DNA from: a virus
IMG/VR virus record: IMGVR_UViG_3300019776_000365
Span: 1 to 64,000 of that record
Length of the DNA stretch: 64,000 bases
Reading direction: 5' to 3' (one strand)
Shown here piece by piece: positions 11,396 to 25,756 of this stretch (position 1 is its first letter; every line of letters begins with the position of its first letter). The position numbers were made by a program, and so were the translations under genes. Under the pieces are notes generated by a model. That model did not search any database and had not been told where the DNA came from. It worked only from the letters and a program-made list of their open reading frames with translations.

Positions 11396-12157
11396 ATGAA
11401 AAAAAATAACAAACCATTAAAAATAAAACCACAATCTATTTTTGACAATAGATATGACGGAGGTGGATTTATAGACTTATCAAAAACATGAACTCCAAAC
11501 CTACAGCAAGAGACGCAAAATGTTAATCTTCAAATGCTTAAAGATCAAAAAGCAGGAAGGTATGATGTAAATTTAACACAATCAAATAAAACTAATTTTG
11601 GCGATTTAGCTACTAATGGTCTTGGTGTTGCGCAGGGTGTTATGCAATTAGGCTCTCAGATTGGAAATAATTTATCAACTTCTAGTATTGGTCATGAAGT
11701 TCAAGGTGTTCAAGATATATCCAGAGGCGATATTATGAATACAAATATACATGTGGATTCTAATAAAACAAACAGCTTAGGTCAAGCGGCGAGCGGTGCA
11801 TTAACAGGCGCTAAAACTGGCTCTGCATTTGGGCCAGTTGGCACTGCAATTGGCGCTGGCATAGGAGCTATAGCTGGTGGTGTTTCAAGCATATTTGGAA
11901 ATAAGGCTAAAGAGAAAGCAGCTCAAAAAGCAGAAGATATATGAACTAATAATTTAGAAGCTAAAGAAAGACAATTTGAATTTCAAGATTTAAGACAAAA
12001 TATGGCAAATTATTCAGCGTATGGTGGCGATATATTCGCTTATGGTGGACAATTCAGCAATGGATTAACAGAGTATTCCGTTGGAAATGAATATGACCTA
12101 GATGAAAATACTATTAATGATTTAATTAAAAATGGGTATAAAATCGAATACATATAA
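11396..12157 (+). CDS. cargo/ejection protein with glycine zipper (253 aa, TGA=Trp at 11489 and 11942)
   Basis: Continuous frame, GAKTGSAFGPVGTAIGAGIGAIAGG, ends GYKIEYI*. Confidence 0.85.
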
Positions 12158-12863
12158 GGTATATAAACACACATCACCATCGAATAAGGTCTATATAGGT
12201 ATAACAAGCACCAGTGAGACAAATAGATGGTCAGATGGCATGGGATATAGTAGGCAGCCATATTTTTTTAAAGCAATAGTAAAATATGGATGAATTAATT
12301 TTAAACATGAGATATTATTCGATAATTTACAAAAAGATGAAGCTTATAGGCTGGAAACTGAATTAATAAAAGAATATAAAAGTTCTGATTGTAATTATGG
12401 GTATAATATACATATTGGTGGATATATAGACTTCACAATAAGTAAAACTGGAAGAATTTATAAGAAAAGGACAAAACCTGTATCTATTAATCCAAAGTTG
12501 TGACGCAAGGTGACAAAAAGCGATAAAAATGGAAATATAATAAATATATTTGATAATGTTAGGCTTGCAGCTGAAGATGCAAAAGTTCCAACAGAAACTC
12601 TTAGAACTTGATGCAAATTTAATAAACGTCCAAGAAATAATGATTATATATATTCATATGAAGATAATGCTTCAATAGAAAAAACAATTGGATATAAAAC
12701 TGTAAAAGTAGAAAGATATGATTTATCTGGAAATTACATAGATACATTTGATTCAATTGAAGATGCTGGTAGAATTTTAAATATAAAAACAAATCATATA
12801 CCATGCGTTTGTAGAGGGAGACGAGTTCAAACCGGTGGTTATAAATGAAAATATAAAGAATAA
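12132..12863 (+). CDS. free-standing GIY-YIG homing endonuclease with two NUMOD1-like domains (243 aa, TGA=Trp at 12291, 12501, 12609, 12846); absent from the ORF track
   Basis: YKVYKHTSPSNKVYIGIT, NRW, AIVKYG[W]INFKHEIL, E.ELI, GYN, YDLSGNYIDTFDSIEDA, GGYK[W]KY. Confidence 0.9.
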
Positions 12864-12864
12864 A

Positions 12865-14802
12865 ATGAAAATAAAAATAACATCTATACCAAATAAATAT
12901 TCTAATGGTGGCCAAGTGGACTCCATGAATGGTATGCATCTAAAAAAAGATTTAATCTCCTTTTCTACAGGTGGCACACACGAAGACAATCCAAATGGGG
13001 GAATTATGCAGGGCATTGGTGCTAATGGTCAGCCAAACCTAGTGGAGCAGGGAGAAACAAAGCACGATAATTATATATTCTCAGATAGATTAAAAATTGA
13101 TAAGAATATACAACAAGCTTATAGATTACCAAAATCAACTATTGGTAAATCATTTGCAGATGCATCCAAAATCATCAATAAAGAGACTAAAGAAAGACCA
13201 AATGACATTATAAGTAAGAATGGTCAGAAAGCTATGTTGTCAACACTTACTGAGGCTCAAGAAGCACTTAAGCAACAAGACCAAATAGACCAACAAGATA
13301 ATGAAAAAATAAATGTATTAGGTCATGGTGATTCTATATTTGCTAAAGGTGGTCAAATACATATTAAAAAAGAAAATAGAGGTAAATTTACAGAAGCGGC
13401 AAAACGTGCTGGTATGGGTGTTCAAGAATATGCTCATCATGTAATGGCTCATTCACACAATGCAGCATTACGTAAGCGAGCAAACTTTGCTATACAGTCC
13501 AAACGCTGACATAAAGCCTTTGGTGGTGACTTATTTGCGAAAGGAGGGGATTTGTATGATCATTCGGATTATCAATCCTTGGCTGTAGATAAGGGTGATT
13601 ATATAGAGTTACCATCATATGCAAGTGGAGGCGATTTAGATTTATTTGCTTTTGGTGGAGATATGTCACACTTTCATAGAACAGATCATCAGGGCACTAT
13701 AACATATAAAGATGGCGGCAATTTGCAAGATAATAAAACAATAGATGTTTATGGCGATGATTATGTAAAATCATTAATAGATAAAACTGATAAACCAACT
13801 CTTGATAGGTATAATTTTCTTATTAATGAAACAAAAAGATTAAGAGATTTAAATGACCCAAAATATCAACAAGAATTAAATAGGAGAGCAAATCAATTAG
13901 CTATATTAAAATCATCATTACTTCCTGGTGATGTTAAATCAAAAGAGCTACTAAATGAGCCTGGTTATCAACCACAAAGAAGTGATATTATACCAATGTC
14001 TATATTTGCAAAAGGTGGTAATAAAACAACAAGATTACCAAGTTCTTCATTAATTGGATTAAATGATGTTGGAGTGGATATGTCCAAAGTGTATACACCT
14101 AATTTGAAATTAGAAACTCTTGCATCCAATAAGCAACTCAAAGCTAATCAAGCCGCTGACATGTATGATGTACAACCGCAAGATTACAGCAATTCTTATT
14201 ATAATTATAGCGGATTTGACAGATATGCCCCAGTAATGGCCAATATAGGTTTGGGTATATCTGATATATTCTCAAAACCAGAGAGTGTACAATATGGTAG
14301 ATATACACCAGAAGCTATAACATCAAGAATGGATTACACACCATTTGATACAGAATGAATGACTAATAAACTTAAATCACAGGCAGCAGCTACACGTCAA
14401 GGTATTTTAAACACATCCTCTGGCAATAGAGCTACAGCTATGGCTGGTTTATTAGGCGCTAATCAACAATCTAATGAAGCTATAGGTGATGCTTACATGA
14501 GAGCTGCGCAATATAATCAACAACTTAAAAATCAAGCACAACAGTTTAATCTGGGTGTAGAGCAAGCAAATGTAGCGGCAAAAAATCAAGCTCAACTTCA
14601 AAATCTACAATTTCAGCAACAAGAATCACAAGCTAATATGGCTAATAGAGCAGCACAAAGAGCGGCGGTTAGACAAGCTATTATTAATGCAGCATCTAAT
14701 CTTGGTAGCATAGGTCGAGAAAATTGGGCAGCTAACACTGGCTCTCAAATGTTTGGTTATTCTGTAGATCCAAGAACTGGTAAATTAACTTATAATAGAT
14801 AA
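12865..14802 (+). CDS. cargo/ejection protein (645 aa, TGA=Trp at 13507 and 14356)
   Basis: GGTHEDNPNGG, PNLVEQGE, IFSDRL, IHIKKENRGKFT, ANFA...R[W]H motifs and a Gln/Ala-rich C-terminus. Confidence 0.88.
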
Positions 14803-14806
14803 TATA

Positions 14807-16465
14807 ATGGCGATAAGTCAATTCGATAAAATAGATTATGCTCAATTTAACCCACTCTCCACTCAGGAGATGTGGGCTCCATTGCAATACTTAAGAGAGC
14901 AACACGATAAAACAGAGGAAGCTTTATCTCAACAATCACAGGTTAATGCTGCTTCATTGCAAGGCTTAAATGCAAGTATAGATAAAGCGGCTATAGATAT
15001 ACATAATGCTTACACAGATCAAATAAACAAAGCTACACAGGATTTGATGTCAAAGGGTTTTTTAGATTCTGGTAGACGTAGAAATCTAAACAATTTAAAA
15101 GCTGAATATAACTCCAAGATAGTGCCACTTCAAACAGCCTTACAACAAAGACAAGCAATGGCAGAAGAGCAACGTAAGATGATGTTACAAGACCCTACAC
15201 AGAGATTTACTAAAGGTGTAGGTGATATAGCTCTTGCTGATATAGTTGCAGATCCTACGAAGCTCTCATATCAAAGTGTTAGCGGTAGAGATTTATCAAA
15301 AGAGGTTGCTCAAAAAGCTCAAATGTTAGAAAAGACAATAGAACAACAAGCCCCTGAGTTAAAAAGCTCTGGAATATTTGGAAAGTATTTAACAGCAGTA
15401 AAATCTGGAGCATCATTATCCGAAGTAGAATCTGCTATGAGACAGCAATATGGTAGTGGTCTTACTAATAAAATGACAAACGTGCTTCATAATCTAGTTA
15501 ATCAAACTATGAATGAGTATGGTGTTTATGATAAGTTTGCTGGTAATCAAAAAGCTATTGGCGATTTGTGGAATTCAGCGGCTAGTGGGTTGTATGCAGC
15601 TATAGGTTCTAAACAATTTGGTTATCAAGATGATCCAATGGCAATATGGAGAGCTCAACAAAAAGAACTTAAAGCGCAATCCCCAGAACCGCCTGGTAAA
15701 GTTCATATGGAGTATGAGGGCGCATATGATGAGAAAGATTTTAAGGAGATAAATAGATTAAATAAAGAGTCAAAAATGGGTAAGGTGACTTCTGGGTCAA
15801 CATTTACTGGAGCTCCATATGGAAACTTTACTGGAGGACAAAGTTCTCTTGATAAAAACAAGTATACAGAAAATCCATCATTTAGCAAACTATATATGAT
15901 GGCAAAATCAGCCGGAATGAATAATATTCCAACAAAAATAGCAAATAAAGATATAGGTCAATGGGCTGATAAAATCTCTGAATTCTTAAAAGAAAAGCAT
16001 AGAACTGCTAATAAAAATAGATATTTTTACAATGTTAGCGATGAGACAACTAGTAAATTATCATCAGCATTATCAGACATTGATGATATAAAAGATGTTT
16101 CTGGTAACAGTGTTAAAAAGTCCAATATATTTAAAAATGGTAAATTAGTTTCAGATCCAGTACTGACATACGGGTCACATGGCGCTGCACTAAAGATTAC
16201 AGATAGTGACGGAAAATCACATGTTGTCCCATTTGATATGCACAAACTTGGGAATCCAGAATTAGCTGGATATGATCGTGAAATACAGTCAATCAATAAT
16301 GATATAAGTGTATTGGACGACAATAAGTTTAATAAAAAATACGATGGAATATCTAAAGCTAAGGCAAAAGAATATATAAATAACCAAATGAATCTAATAT
16401 CTCAAATATTAAGTGGTGAAGCATATTCTAAAACCAAATCGGCAGATGTTTATCCTGGATATTAA
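14807..16465 (+). CDS. cargo/ejection protein (552 aa)
   Basis: FNPLS.QEMWAPL N-terminus, helical composition, position between cargo genes. Confidence 0.75.
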   Translation: MAISQFDKIDYAQFNPLSTQEMWAPLQYLREQHDKTEEALSQQSQVNAASLQGLNASIDKAAIDIHNAYTDQINKATQDLMSKGFLDSGRRRNLNNLKAEYNSKIVPLQTALQQRQAMAEEQRKMMLQDPTQRFTKGVGDIALADIVADPTKLSYQSVSGRDLSKEVAQKAQMLEKTIEQQAPELKSSGIFGKYLTAVKSGASLSEVESAMRQQYGSGLTNKMTNVLHNLVNQTMNEYGVYDKFAGNQKAIGDLWNSAASGLYAAIGSKQFGYQDDPMAIWRAQQKELKAQSPEPPGKVHMEYEGAYDEKDFKEINRLNKESKMGKVTSGSTFTGAPYGNFTGGQSSLDKNKYTENPSFSKLYMMAKSAGMNNIPTKIANKDIGQWADKISEFLKEKHRTANKNRYFYNVSDETTSKLSSALSDIDDIKDVSGNSVKKSNIFKNGKLVSDPVLTYGSHGAALKITDSDGKSHVVPFDMHKLGNPELAGYDREIQSINNDISVLDDNKFNKKYDGISKAKAKEYINNQMNLISQILSGEAYSKTKSADVYPGY

Positions 16466-16479
16466 AAAATAAATAAAAT

Positions 16480-19400
16480 ATGCCAATAAAAGAAGTATAT
16501 GAGGGTGATATAAGCCCAAACGAAGAGGCTAGTGGAATGAAGGCGTACTACTCAAGTGGTAAGAAAAATAAAAACCCTTCATTTCTTAGCGCAGCTCAAC
16601 AAACATGAGGTAGAAATAGTCAGGCTCAATGGTCACGACCTCTTAGCGAGGTTGTTGGCCCTACTGACTATGGTAGTAGTGCATATGATGTTCAGGGTGA
16701 ATCAATGAGCCAAATTGAAGACCTTGAGGATACTAGATCTAAAATACAACCATTTGTTGATAAATTTGGTGCAGGCGTAGGTACGTTTTTAGGAAAAACT
16801 CTTACAGCTACTGCTGGTGGTATTGGTACATTAGTTTATGGTGTGCCAAATGCTATTTTCGGCACAGATGGCACTGCTGGCGAAAAACTTAGAGCTGTAT
16901 ATGATAATGATTTTAATAAGTGGTTAGATAAAATAAATTCAGGCATAGATGATGCATTTACAGTACATTTAGCTAAATCTGAAAGAGAAGGTAGTTTATT
17001 TGATCAAACAATAGGTTCTGCTGGATTTTGGACTAAATCATTTCTTGGTGATGGACTGTCTTTTGTTGCAGGAGCTGTATTATCATCATGGGCAACTGGT
17101 GGAGCTGGTAAGCTTATTGGATGAGGGGCTAAAGGTATTGGTTTAACTGGCGCTTTATCAAAAGGCGCAACTGCTGTTGGGGATGTTCTTAGTGAATCAA
17201 AATATTTATCAAAAGCAGCTAATGTGTTAAAGGGAGCATCATCTATATCAACTGGATTAGAAGATGCAACTCAACTTGCAAATAAAGCCAGATTTGATAA
17301 GTTTATAGCAGGATCTAAGAAGCTAGCAGATGTTGGTCAAAAGTTTGTAGTTGGCTCTGCGTATGAAGGTGGCGTTGAAGCTAATGACTTTATAAAACAA
17401 TCAACAAGTAATTATATACAACAATACCAAGACAAGTATGGGCAACTACCATCTGAGGATGAACTAGCAGATTTTAATAAGAAAATACTACCACAGGCTA
17501 ATGCTTTATTTTTAGGAAATGTTGCTTTAGTTGGAGCGGAACATATGATTGCCTTGCCGCATATTTTTGGTCCAGGTGTTAATACTGCTATAAAAGATGC
17601 TAGAAAAGCTATTGGCAAAAGAGTTGTAGGTGAAGCTGAAGAGTTATTTGTTAAAGATGCAGAAAGATCAACCTTAGGCAAAATAGCAACTGGTGCCTCC
17701 AGGGGGTTAAAGCCAATAGTATCTGAAGGTCTTATGGAGGAGGGTGGTCAGAATTTTATGAAAACATGAGCTTTAGATTATGCTGATAAGAAATATAATC
17801 CAGACTCAGCTAAAAGAACTTATGATTTAATGAACTCTCTTGGTAACGCTTTTAATCAAGCATATGCAACTACAGATGGTTGGAAGGAGATATTAGCTGG
17901 TATGATTATTGGCGGCATGGGTGCCCCTAATATAAATGCTATAGGCAGTATTAGAACTAAAGAGAATGGATTTAAAGAATTTAAACCATTTAGTGTAGAT
18001 AAAGAGAAATCGCTATGGACTGGTGGAGTGTTCGGTCAATTTCAAGATGTTCATCATAAAAATATGATTGCTCAACAGTTGATTGATGATTATAATAAAC
18101 AAGACGCATCAGCAGCCTCCGAACACTTTAATAGAGCTTTATCACAAAATCAAGGTATTGTATCTCAAATAGGTGACATAAACCATCAAAACTCATTAAC
18201 GGATGGATATGATGCTGCAGTTGAGTCTGGAGACCATTATACTGCAAAGAATTTAGAAGATGATAAATTTCACTCATTCATAAAATCAAGAATTGATTCT
18301 GGATATTACGATTCATTAGAAAGTGAGTTGGTAAAACCAATCAAAGATATGACTGATGATGAATTTAAAGAAAGCTTTGGCTATGGTGATAAGCTAATAT
18401 CAAATGAAGAATTATCAGATAGAAAGAGAAAAACTATAGAGCAAGCCAGGAAAAGTATTAAAAATGTCAAAGAAGCTATAAGCACTGTTGATAGTGTTAT
18501 GGATGTTGATTTATCTAAAGAAGATAATAGACTTCATAGAGATTTACTAATATATGCTTTATCTACAAATAAATCAGTTGGCGATAGAATAGAATCTATA
18601 TCTAAGTCCATTAAAGATACAATAAAAGATCAAGCTTGGGGTCAAAATCTTCAAGTGTTAAATGATATAATTTCTAGAGATAAAGAATCTTTAGCCACAG
18701 AGACTGATAGTGACAAAATAAAACTACTAAAAAAAAGGATTGAAGATACAGAAGAAAACATATCTAAAATAAAAAATTTAGAAGCTGAATTGCCAACATC
18801 TGTCATAGGTATGAAGGAGTTTGCTAAAGAAGCTAAAGAAAGATATGTAAATAAAGCTGGTATTGATGATGGATCAAAAGAGGACTTCAATCAATCATTA
18901 GATGACTTAGTTAAACTAATGAGACGAAAAGTAGAAGCTATAGAGTTGTATAACACAATGAAAGATCCTAAAGCTTTTAATAATCTATATAGAACCGAAA
19001 GAATAGATACCAAGATTAGACAATGGCAAGAAGAGGCCTTACAGAAAATAGTTGATTCACAAAATGAAGAGATAGCAAAAGCTAAAGATCATGTAGATAA
19101 TGGTGGTGATCCTATTGAAGCTCAATCTATATCTGGAGCTGAAATAAACAATATTCAAAAGATTGTTGACAATAAAAATCTAATAGATCAATTGGATAAG
19201 GCTAAAACTGATGTAGAGTTTTTAAAAGTTATAAATTCAAACAGCGAGAAACAATATGATAATATAGATGATTTTCTAGAAGATGTTACAGATGCTCATC
19301 AATCAGGTGTTGTATCCGATGAAGAACTAGCGGCTATCAATAAATTATATGGAGATATTTATACTAGCTCTTATCTCTATACTAAAAAACCAGTACAACA

Positions 19401-21270
19401 AACTCCAGATAAACTAGAATCTAAAGGATCGTTACAAAAAGGTAATCCAAATAATTCTGTATTAGGCAAAAATACTGTAAGTCAAGTAGAAAATGAGGCT
19501 AATAATGTAGATAAAACATTAGGAGAATCTGAGAGAAAATCAACCAATAATGAAGGTGAAAAACTATTTGACGCATATGATCATATAGCTTGGTTAGGAA
19601 TGTCTTATGATATATCTGAAGGCAAATTTATAGACAAAGGTGTAAATAAAGATGCATCTAAAATAACATTAGATTTTAAAAAGCTTAATAAAGGTGATAA
19701 AATAACCTTTGAAGTTGTATATGATGACGCATTTATGCCAGGAAAATCATATACAGATGAAGAATTAACAGATTTTGTGACAATATCTATAAAAAAAGAT
19801 GGCGAAATAGTTGGATATGTCCATAAAATTGATTACATTCGTGAGGATAGAATAATTAAGACAGATTCTGATGGTAACGATAACCTAGAACGCAATAAAG
19901 AAGAACTTAGAAGGTTTAGGTCTTTCATCATTAAAAATAAAGGTTGAGAGTCTGTAGTTACAGACAGATGGAATGGTAGGTTGATGTTTAGTAAAGCACC
20001 ACAGCCAACAAGAAATGCATTACCAGATAAAAAACTTAATGTAGCAATAGTTACAGACGGTAATATAACAAGACCAAAATCATTTAAAAGTAATGATGTA
20101 ATTATAAATGAGGAAAAGATTAAATCTTCAGCTAAAGGTTATTTTAAAAATGGAGCTTATGCAATACTGCCAGTAAACAAAGATAATACAAACAACTATT
20201 ATATAGCAGTGCCATTAAGCCCATCCAATTTGGCGCAATCACCTCTTGAATCAGCTAATATAATAGCTCATCTCGTAAGGATGTTTATTAAAAGTCAACT
20301 GGGAGATATATCAGAAGGTGATGCTTTTAATAGAATATCTAAAGATATATCAGATAAAACAAAAGTAAAAGACTTAGATGGTGATCCTATAAATATGAAT
20401 GCCAAATCACTAGAAGGTCTTAGAAATATAATAAGTTTATTTACATACCCAAGGCAGTCATATAGAGATGATCTTGGTGTTACGGATGTTAATGGTAATA
20501 TATTTGGGATAAACTACACCAAAGATGGCAAGGCTTTAGTATTATCATTTGGTGTTGCTAATGATTTAAATACATATACAATATGGTTAAATAAACCATT
20601 AGATGAAGAAACCTTTGATAGAATGACAGAAGGGATGATAGAATCTCTATCACAGCAGTTTTTCTATCATAATAAAAACTTAACTGGTCAAACCATTAAC
20701 TTTCCTAAAATATCAACAATTAATGGCAAGATTGATGTTGAGTTCTCAGAAATGCCTTATGAAGAGTTTGTAAAAGATCATACACAAACAAACGTATCAT
20801 CACATAATATAGGAGATGATATTAACCCCAACTATATATATACTATACAATCTAATATTGTATATAAAATGCCTACTAATGATGAGTATGGTTCTATTAT
20901 AAAAAAACAAGAAGAACCAACTGAAGTTCCTAATAAACCAGAAGTTAAAAAAGCTGAAGTTGATAAAGATGTGGAGAGTATTGGCTCATTATTTTCAGTA
21001 GAAGAAAAACCAGAACCAACTAAGCCTAAAAGAGAGCGTAGAACTGGTACAGATGGTAAAGCTAGGCCAAGAGCTAGCTCTTCTAATTTTATGCCAGACT
21101 TTACATCAATAGAGACTTTAGAAGTAAATTCTGGATTTAAAATAACCCCACCGTCTAACACGTTAGGTATGAGCGTTTTAGAATTCTCTAAAAGATTTGA
21201 TTCAGAATATAGAAGATCATTTATGAAGATGGTTAGAGAAAAACAAATAGAATTTACATGCAAGTATTAA
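16480..21270 (+). CDS. giant ejection protein 1 (1596 aa, TGA=Trp at 16606, 17122, 17767, 19945)
   Basis: ORFs 16705, 17224, 17830 and 19981 share one frame joined only by TGA. Gly/Ala-rich membrane-like segments, EG..EA and EG..EEG.Q motifs. Confidence 0.88.
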
Positions 21271-21286
21271 TAAAAATATATAAAAA

Positions 21287-24200
21287 ATGATTTGTTCATC
21301 AAACGATCCAAAAGTAAAACAGTTTGAGACTATAGTAAAAGACAATGGCGCAGCAGTTGATGCTGTCCATTGGGCTTTGACTAGTTTTAGTGGTAATGAT
21401 GTAAGAAAAGTTAATGATGCAATTAAGTTTGTAGAACGTATTAAATCAGCTAAACCAACAAGTAAATCTGATGCTGATAAGATATTATCTACGTTAGAAA
21501 AGCAAGGCCTTATAAAGAAAGTGACTACTAGGGCTGGCGATCACTACTCAACTATACACCCAGAACTTCTTAATTATATTATTGAAAATAAAAGAAATGT
21601 AATTAAATCAGCTCGTGGAAATATTAGTGATAACGAAGAAGCGCTTCCGTATGACTATTTGTATTCTGTAAAACCTATCAAAGCAAATACTCAGGATATG
21701 GCTGATTTTGATGATAAAACCAGACTTGAAAAAGTTGGTTTATCTATGGTTGGTACATCATTAATGTCTACCGATGGAGTTGTAAGGATTGAGTTGGTAA
21801 ATCAAACAGTAGACACAATAGTAGAGGATATAGCAAGGGCCGTAATAGATTCAGGTGATAAAGGTATATCAAGGGATGATGTTAAAAAGATTTTTGATAC
21901 ATACTATGATACATTTGCTAGTATAGCTGATGAGTTTGAAGAGGATGGCAATGAGCTTGGCGTTAAACACGCAGAAAGCTATCTCAACAGTTGGAGTAAC
22001 CTTGAAAATATGGTTCTTGACGCTTTAAAAAGAAGGGCTGGTATTGTATTTAAAAATAACAAGCAAGAAAATATTACAGATACTTTATCAAATACAGATG
22101 TAGAAAAAATATCTGAAAATAGTGGTGCTGATTTAGATGGTGCTGATAAAACTCAAGGTATATATTCGGATGATTTTTCTATCACTCTTGATAGTAAGAT
22201 TGGGTTGTCTGGTAGATTAAAGCTATTTATGTCTACATTAAAGAGTGGTAAGGTTCACTACTTAACTAATGAGCCATTATTTGAAAAATTTGATACGGCA
22301 TACAATACTCTTAATGCTATCCTTTCTAATACAGAGCCTAACTTTGGCAAGATGATAGCTAGATTGGATCAATTTAGAGATTATGAATGAATTGCCGATC
22401 TATCAGACAAACTAAAAGCTCAAGGTAGAGATAGCAAATTATCCAAAGAGTTCATTACGGCGATGAATAAACACTACGTTGATATGTCATATATAAGCTG
22501 GTCTAATATGGGCTCTAATGGCTTTAAAATGGCTATTAATGGTGACAATTCAAATTCCAGAGTTAGAATGATATTTAATGATTGGAATGAATCTTTTTAT
22601 AATAGTAATATAGTAAAAACGAACTCTAATTATGTGCAATACTATGACACAAAAGCTGCTAATGACGCTGTGGCTGCATTTGACCATATGTTTGAAAATT
22701 CAGGCACAATTGATGCTCAAACCATTGTAAATACTATGGGTCTTGTTGGTATTAGATTGTCAAATAATACAGCAGAAAATCTATTAAAAAATGGATTTAA
22801 ATATGGAAGAAAACAACTAAATACAAATCAATTATTTGATATAAAGAATACTAATTCTCCAATAACAAGTGTATATAAAAAATTAGCTGCTATATCTAAA
22901 TTAAAAGACAACGTAGAGGTTGGTTCTGATGAAGAGTTAGATTTTCTAAAAGGCGGTGCAATGAGAGCATTGGCTGCTATGGAGTCTAAATACACAAAAC
23001 ACCTATACAGTAACTCATTTCAATCAGGTAATAAGACAATATTTTCATACACTAATGATAAGTTTATAGTTGATAGGTTTTCAGATTTACTTAATGGATA
23101 TAATAATGGAGATTATTCATTATTAGATAGTTTATCTACAGATGCCTTTGCTAAAAACTCAAGATGGTTAACACAGCTATTAAGAGCGAAAGATGCTACT
23201 AATGATAATGATACAGCCTTTTCTGAGGTGTTTGATTTTCTTTACCTATCATTAGATCCTCTTAAAAAAGAGAAAGGCGAAGCCGCTGATAGACCATTAG
23301 CTGATTTATCTCCAAAAGAGATACTGGCGGCTAAGTTAGCCTTGATGTATAACAATGGCATGACAATAGCTGGTGATAAAAATAGAGTTGGTAAAATGTT
23401 TTACCCAACAATGTCAGACAAAACCACTATGATTGCCATACAGAATATATTATTATCAAGACAATATACAAAATTAGACACCGATAATAATGGCAATATA
23501 ACTGTTAACAACGATCTAGTAGATTATATATATGATAATGTAGTTAAAGCTGAAATGAATAGAATGTATGCTATTCAAGAGAAGACTAAAAACTATAGAG
23601 AATCATTAAATGTTGAAGGTTTTGATGGTGGTGCTAGATATTTCTATACAATACCAGAATTGAATGGTATAGCCGACATGTTTACATGAGATGAAGCTTC
23701 TGGTAAACGTTATTTAAAGCAAGAGGATGACTTTATAAAATCATTACCTTTAATTAAAGAGTCTATCAGGTTATCATTAAACGCTATTGTTACAAATCAG
23801 ATAGAGCAATTTAAAAAAGAAGGTATTGGGTATGCGGTTGATGCTGAAAATAAAGAATTGCCATTGCAATATATAGATAGCAGGTTGGTATCATCAGTTA
23901 GAGATTCTTTGGATGATAAATCACTTAAAAATATATCAGATAATATAGCCGCCGACTTTGCTGTTAACTATTTCTTGCATAATCTTAATGTAGCGCAATT
24001 GTTCCATGGAGATTACGTTAACTACTTTAAGAAAAATAAAGCTCAAGAAGAGCTTGAAAAGCAGTTAAAAACAGGTAATGTTTCAGACCTAGCATTGCTG
24101 TATGACGCAGTTAAAGAAACATTTGATAACTTAGGCAAGCGTCTTGCTGCAGATTTAGCTCCTGGCTATGAGGCTGACTATGGTGAGTCTAAGCCATTTA

Positions 24201-25756
24201 TTAAAGTAACTACATCTAATGATAGAAATGTTAAATCATTAGCATCAGATATAGTAAAAGAAGTATTCAAGGATGGTAAGAAAGATCAATCTGAGTCTGA
24301 TAAAAATTCAATAGCTGCATGGAGTAACATTAACTCATCTGACGCTCAATCTTGGAGTTCTTTGGAGTTTCACTTAGATACACTTTATAACTTTGGCAAT
24401 AAATTGGTATCAGAAACTGACTATAAAAAACTAAAAGCAAAAATAAAAGAAGCTAGAGATAATAATAAATATAATGAGTTAGATTTTTCTCAGGATGAGC
24501 TATCTATTATATTAAATCCAACTAAGCCGTTATATTCCAACAATAGACAAGTACCACTTGATGGTGATAGTACTATCGGTGTTAGATCATATATAAAAAC
24601 ATCTTCATTTCCATTAATACCACAATTAGTTAAAGGTACTGATCTAGAGCATGTTGTGAATGCAATGGAGAATGGCGGTGTTGATTTGCATGTATTTGAG
24701 TCTGGTTATAAAGTTGGTTCTACAATACATAGCACTGATAGTAAAGCAGATTCTAATAGTAAGCTAGACTTATTTGATAAAGATGGTAATATGCTATATG
24801 ATAATGTAGCTGCCTTATCTGATAGTAAAAATCACATAATACTTGATATAAAAGGTTTTAAAATACAACAAGAAGTTCCATATCATGATCATCCTGGATA
24901 TATCAATAAGGGATCCCAGGAGTCTAAGTTGTTATTCTCAAACATCAGAGCAATAGAAGGCTTTGAATATGATGGTAAAAAAATGAATGGCGCAGAGCTT
25001 GAAAAAATATATAACCAAAAGTATAAAGAGCTATATAGAAAAGAAGCTGAAAAACTTAGAAATGAAGTATTTGTAAAAGATGCTGATGGTAATCCTACTG
25101 GTCAAGTGGACATACATATGATTCAGAAGTTGTTTAGAGAAGCTGCTAATGATAGAAATTATTCTATCAACGATAAGATAGGTTTATCTCTTGATGATAA
25201 AAATGAAGCATTTAAATTTCCACTATGGTGTTTGCCTGCTGCTCACAAATATGAATCACTACTAATATCTATAGTGGATAATAGAGTTAGAAAGCTTAAA
25301 ATACCTGGTAATTCATTTGTATTAGGCTCTGAGGCTGGATTTAGATTTAAAGATCAAATAATAACAGATAAAAAAGACCAACAAAAGATATTTAAAAAAT
25401 ATCAAGACCAAATAATATTTACAAGTAATGCTGTAATAGAAAATGGTGAGATAAATCTTCAAACATATAGAAGAGATGGTAAGAATATGAAGCCTACTCA
25501 GGTATTTATACCATGTAAACTTCAAGGAAAGAATGGTCACTTTATAGACTTAATGAAATATACTATCAAAAAAGATGGTAGATTATATATAGATGAGAAT
25601 AGATTTCCTAAAGAACTCTCAAATATGTTTGGCTTTAGAATACCAACACAAGGGCACAACTCTATGACATCAATAGAAGTGGCTGGATTCTTACCAGAGG
25701 CTTGTGGCGACTTAATTATAGCTACACAAGATTTGGTTGTACAGATGGGATCGGAT
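21287..25756 (+). CDS. virion RNA polymerase polyprotein, exon 1 (TGA=Trp at 22388 and 23687)
   Basis: SDAQS, KVG, KIPG, FRIPTQG and QMGSD motifs of phi14:2 gp66-type two-barrel RNAP. Confidence 0.9.

Noticed and set aside
7237-12863. TGA as selenocysteine or glycine
   Set aside because: Contexts match Trp positions (KYGW, GYKW, NKWS), not Cys or Gly sites, and no repeated SECIS-like element is evident
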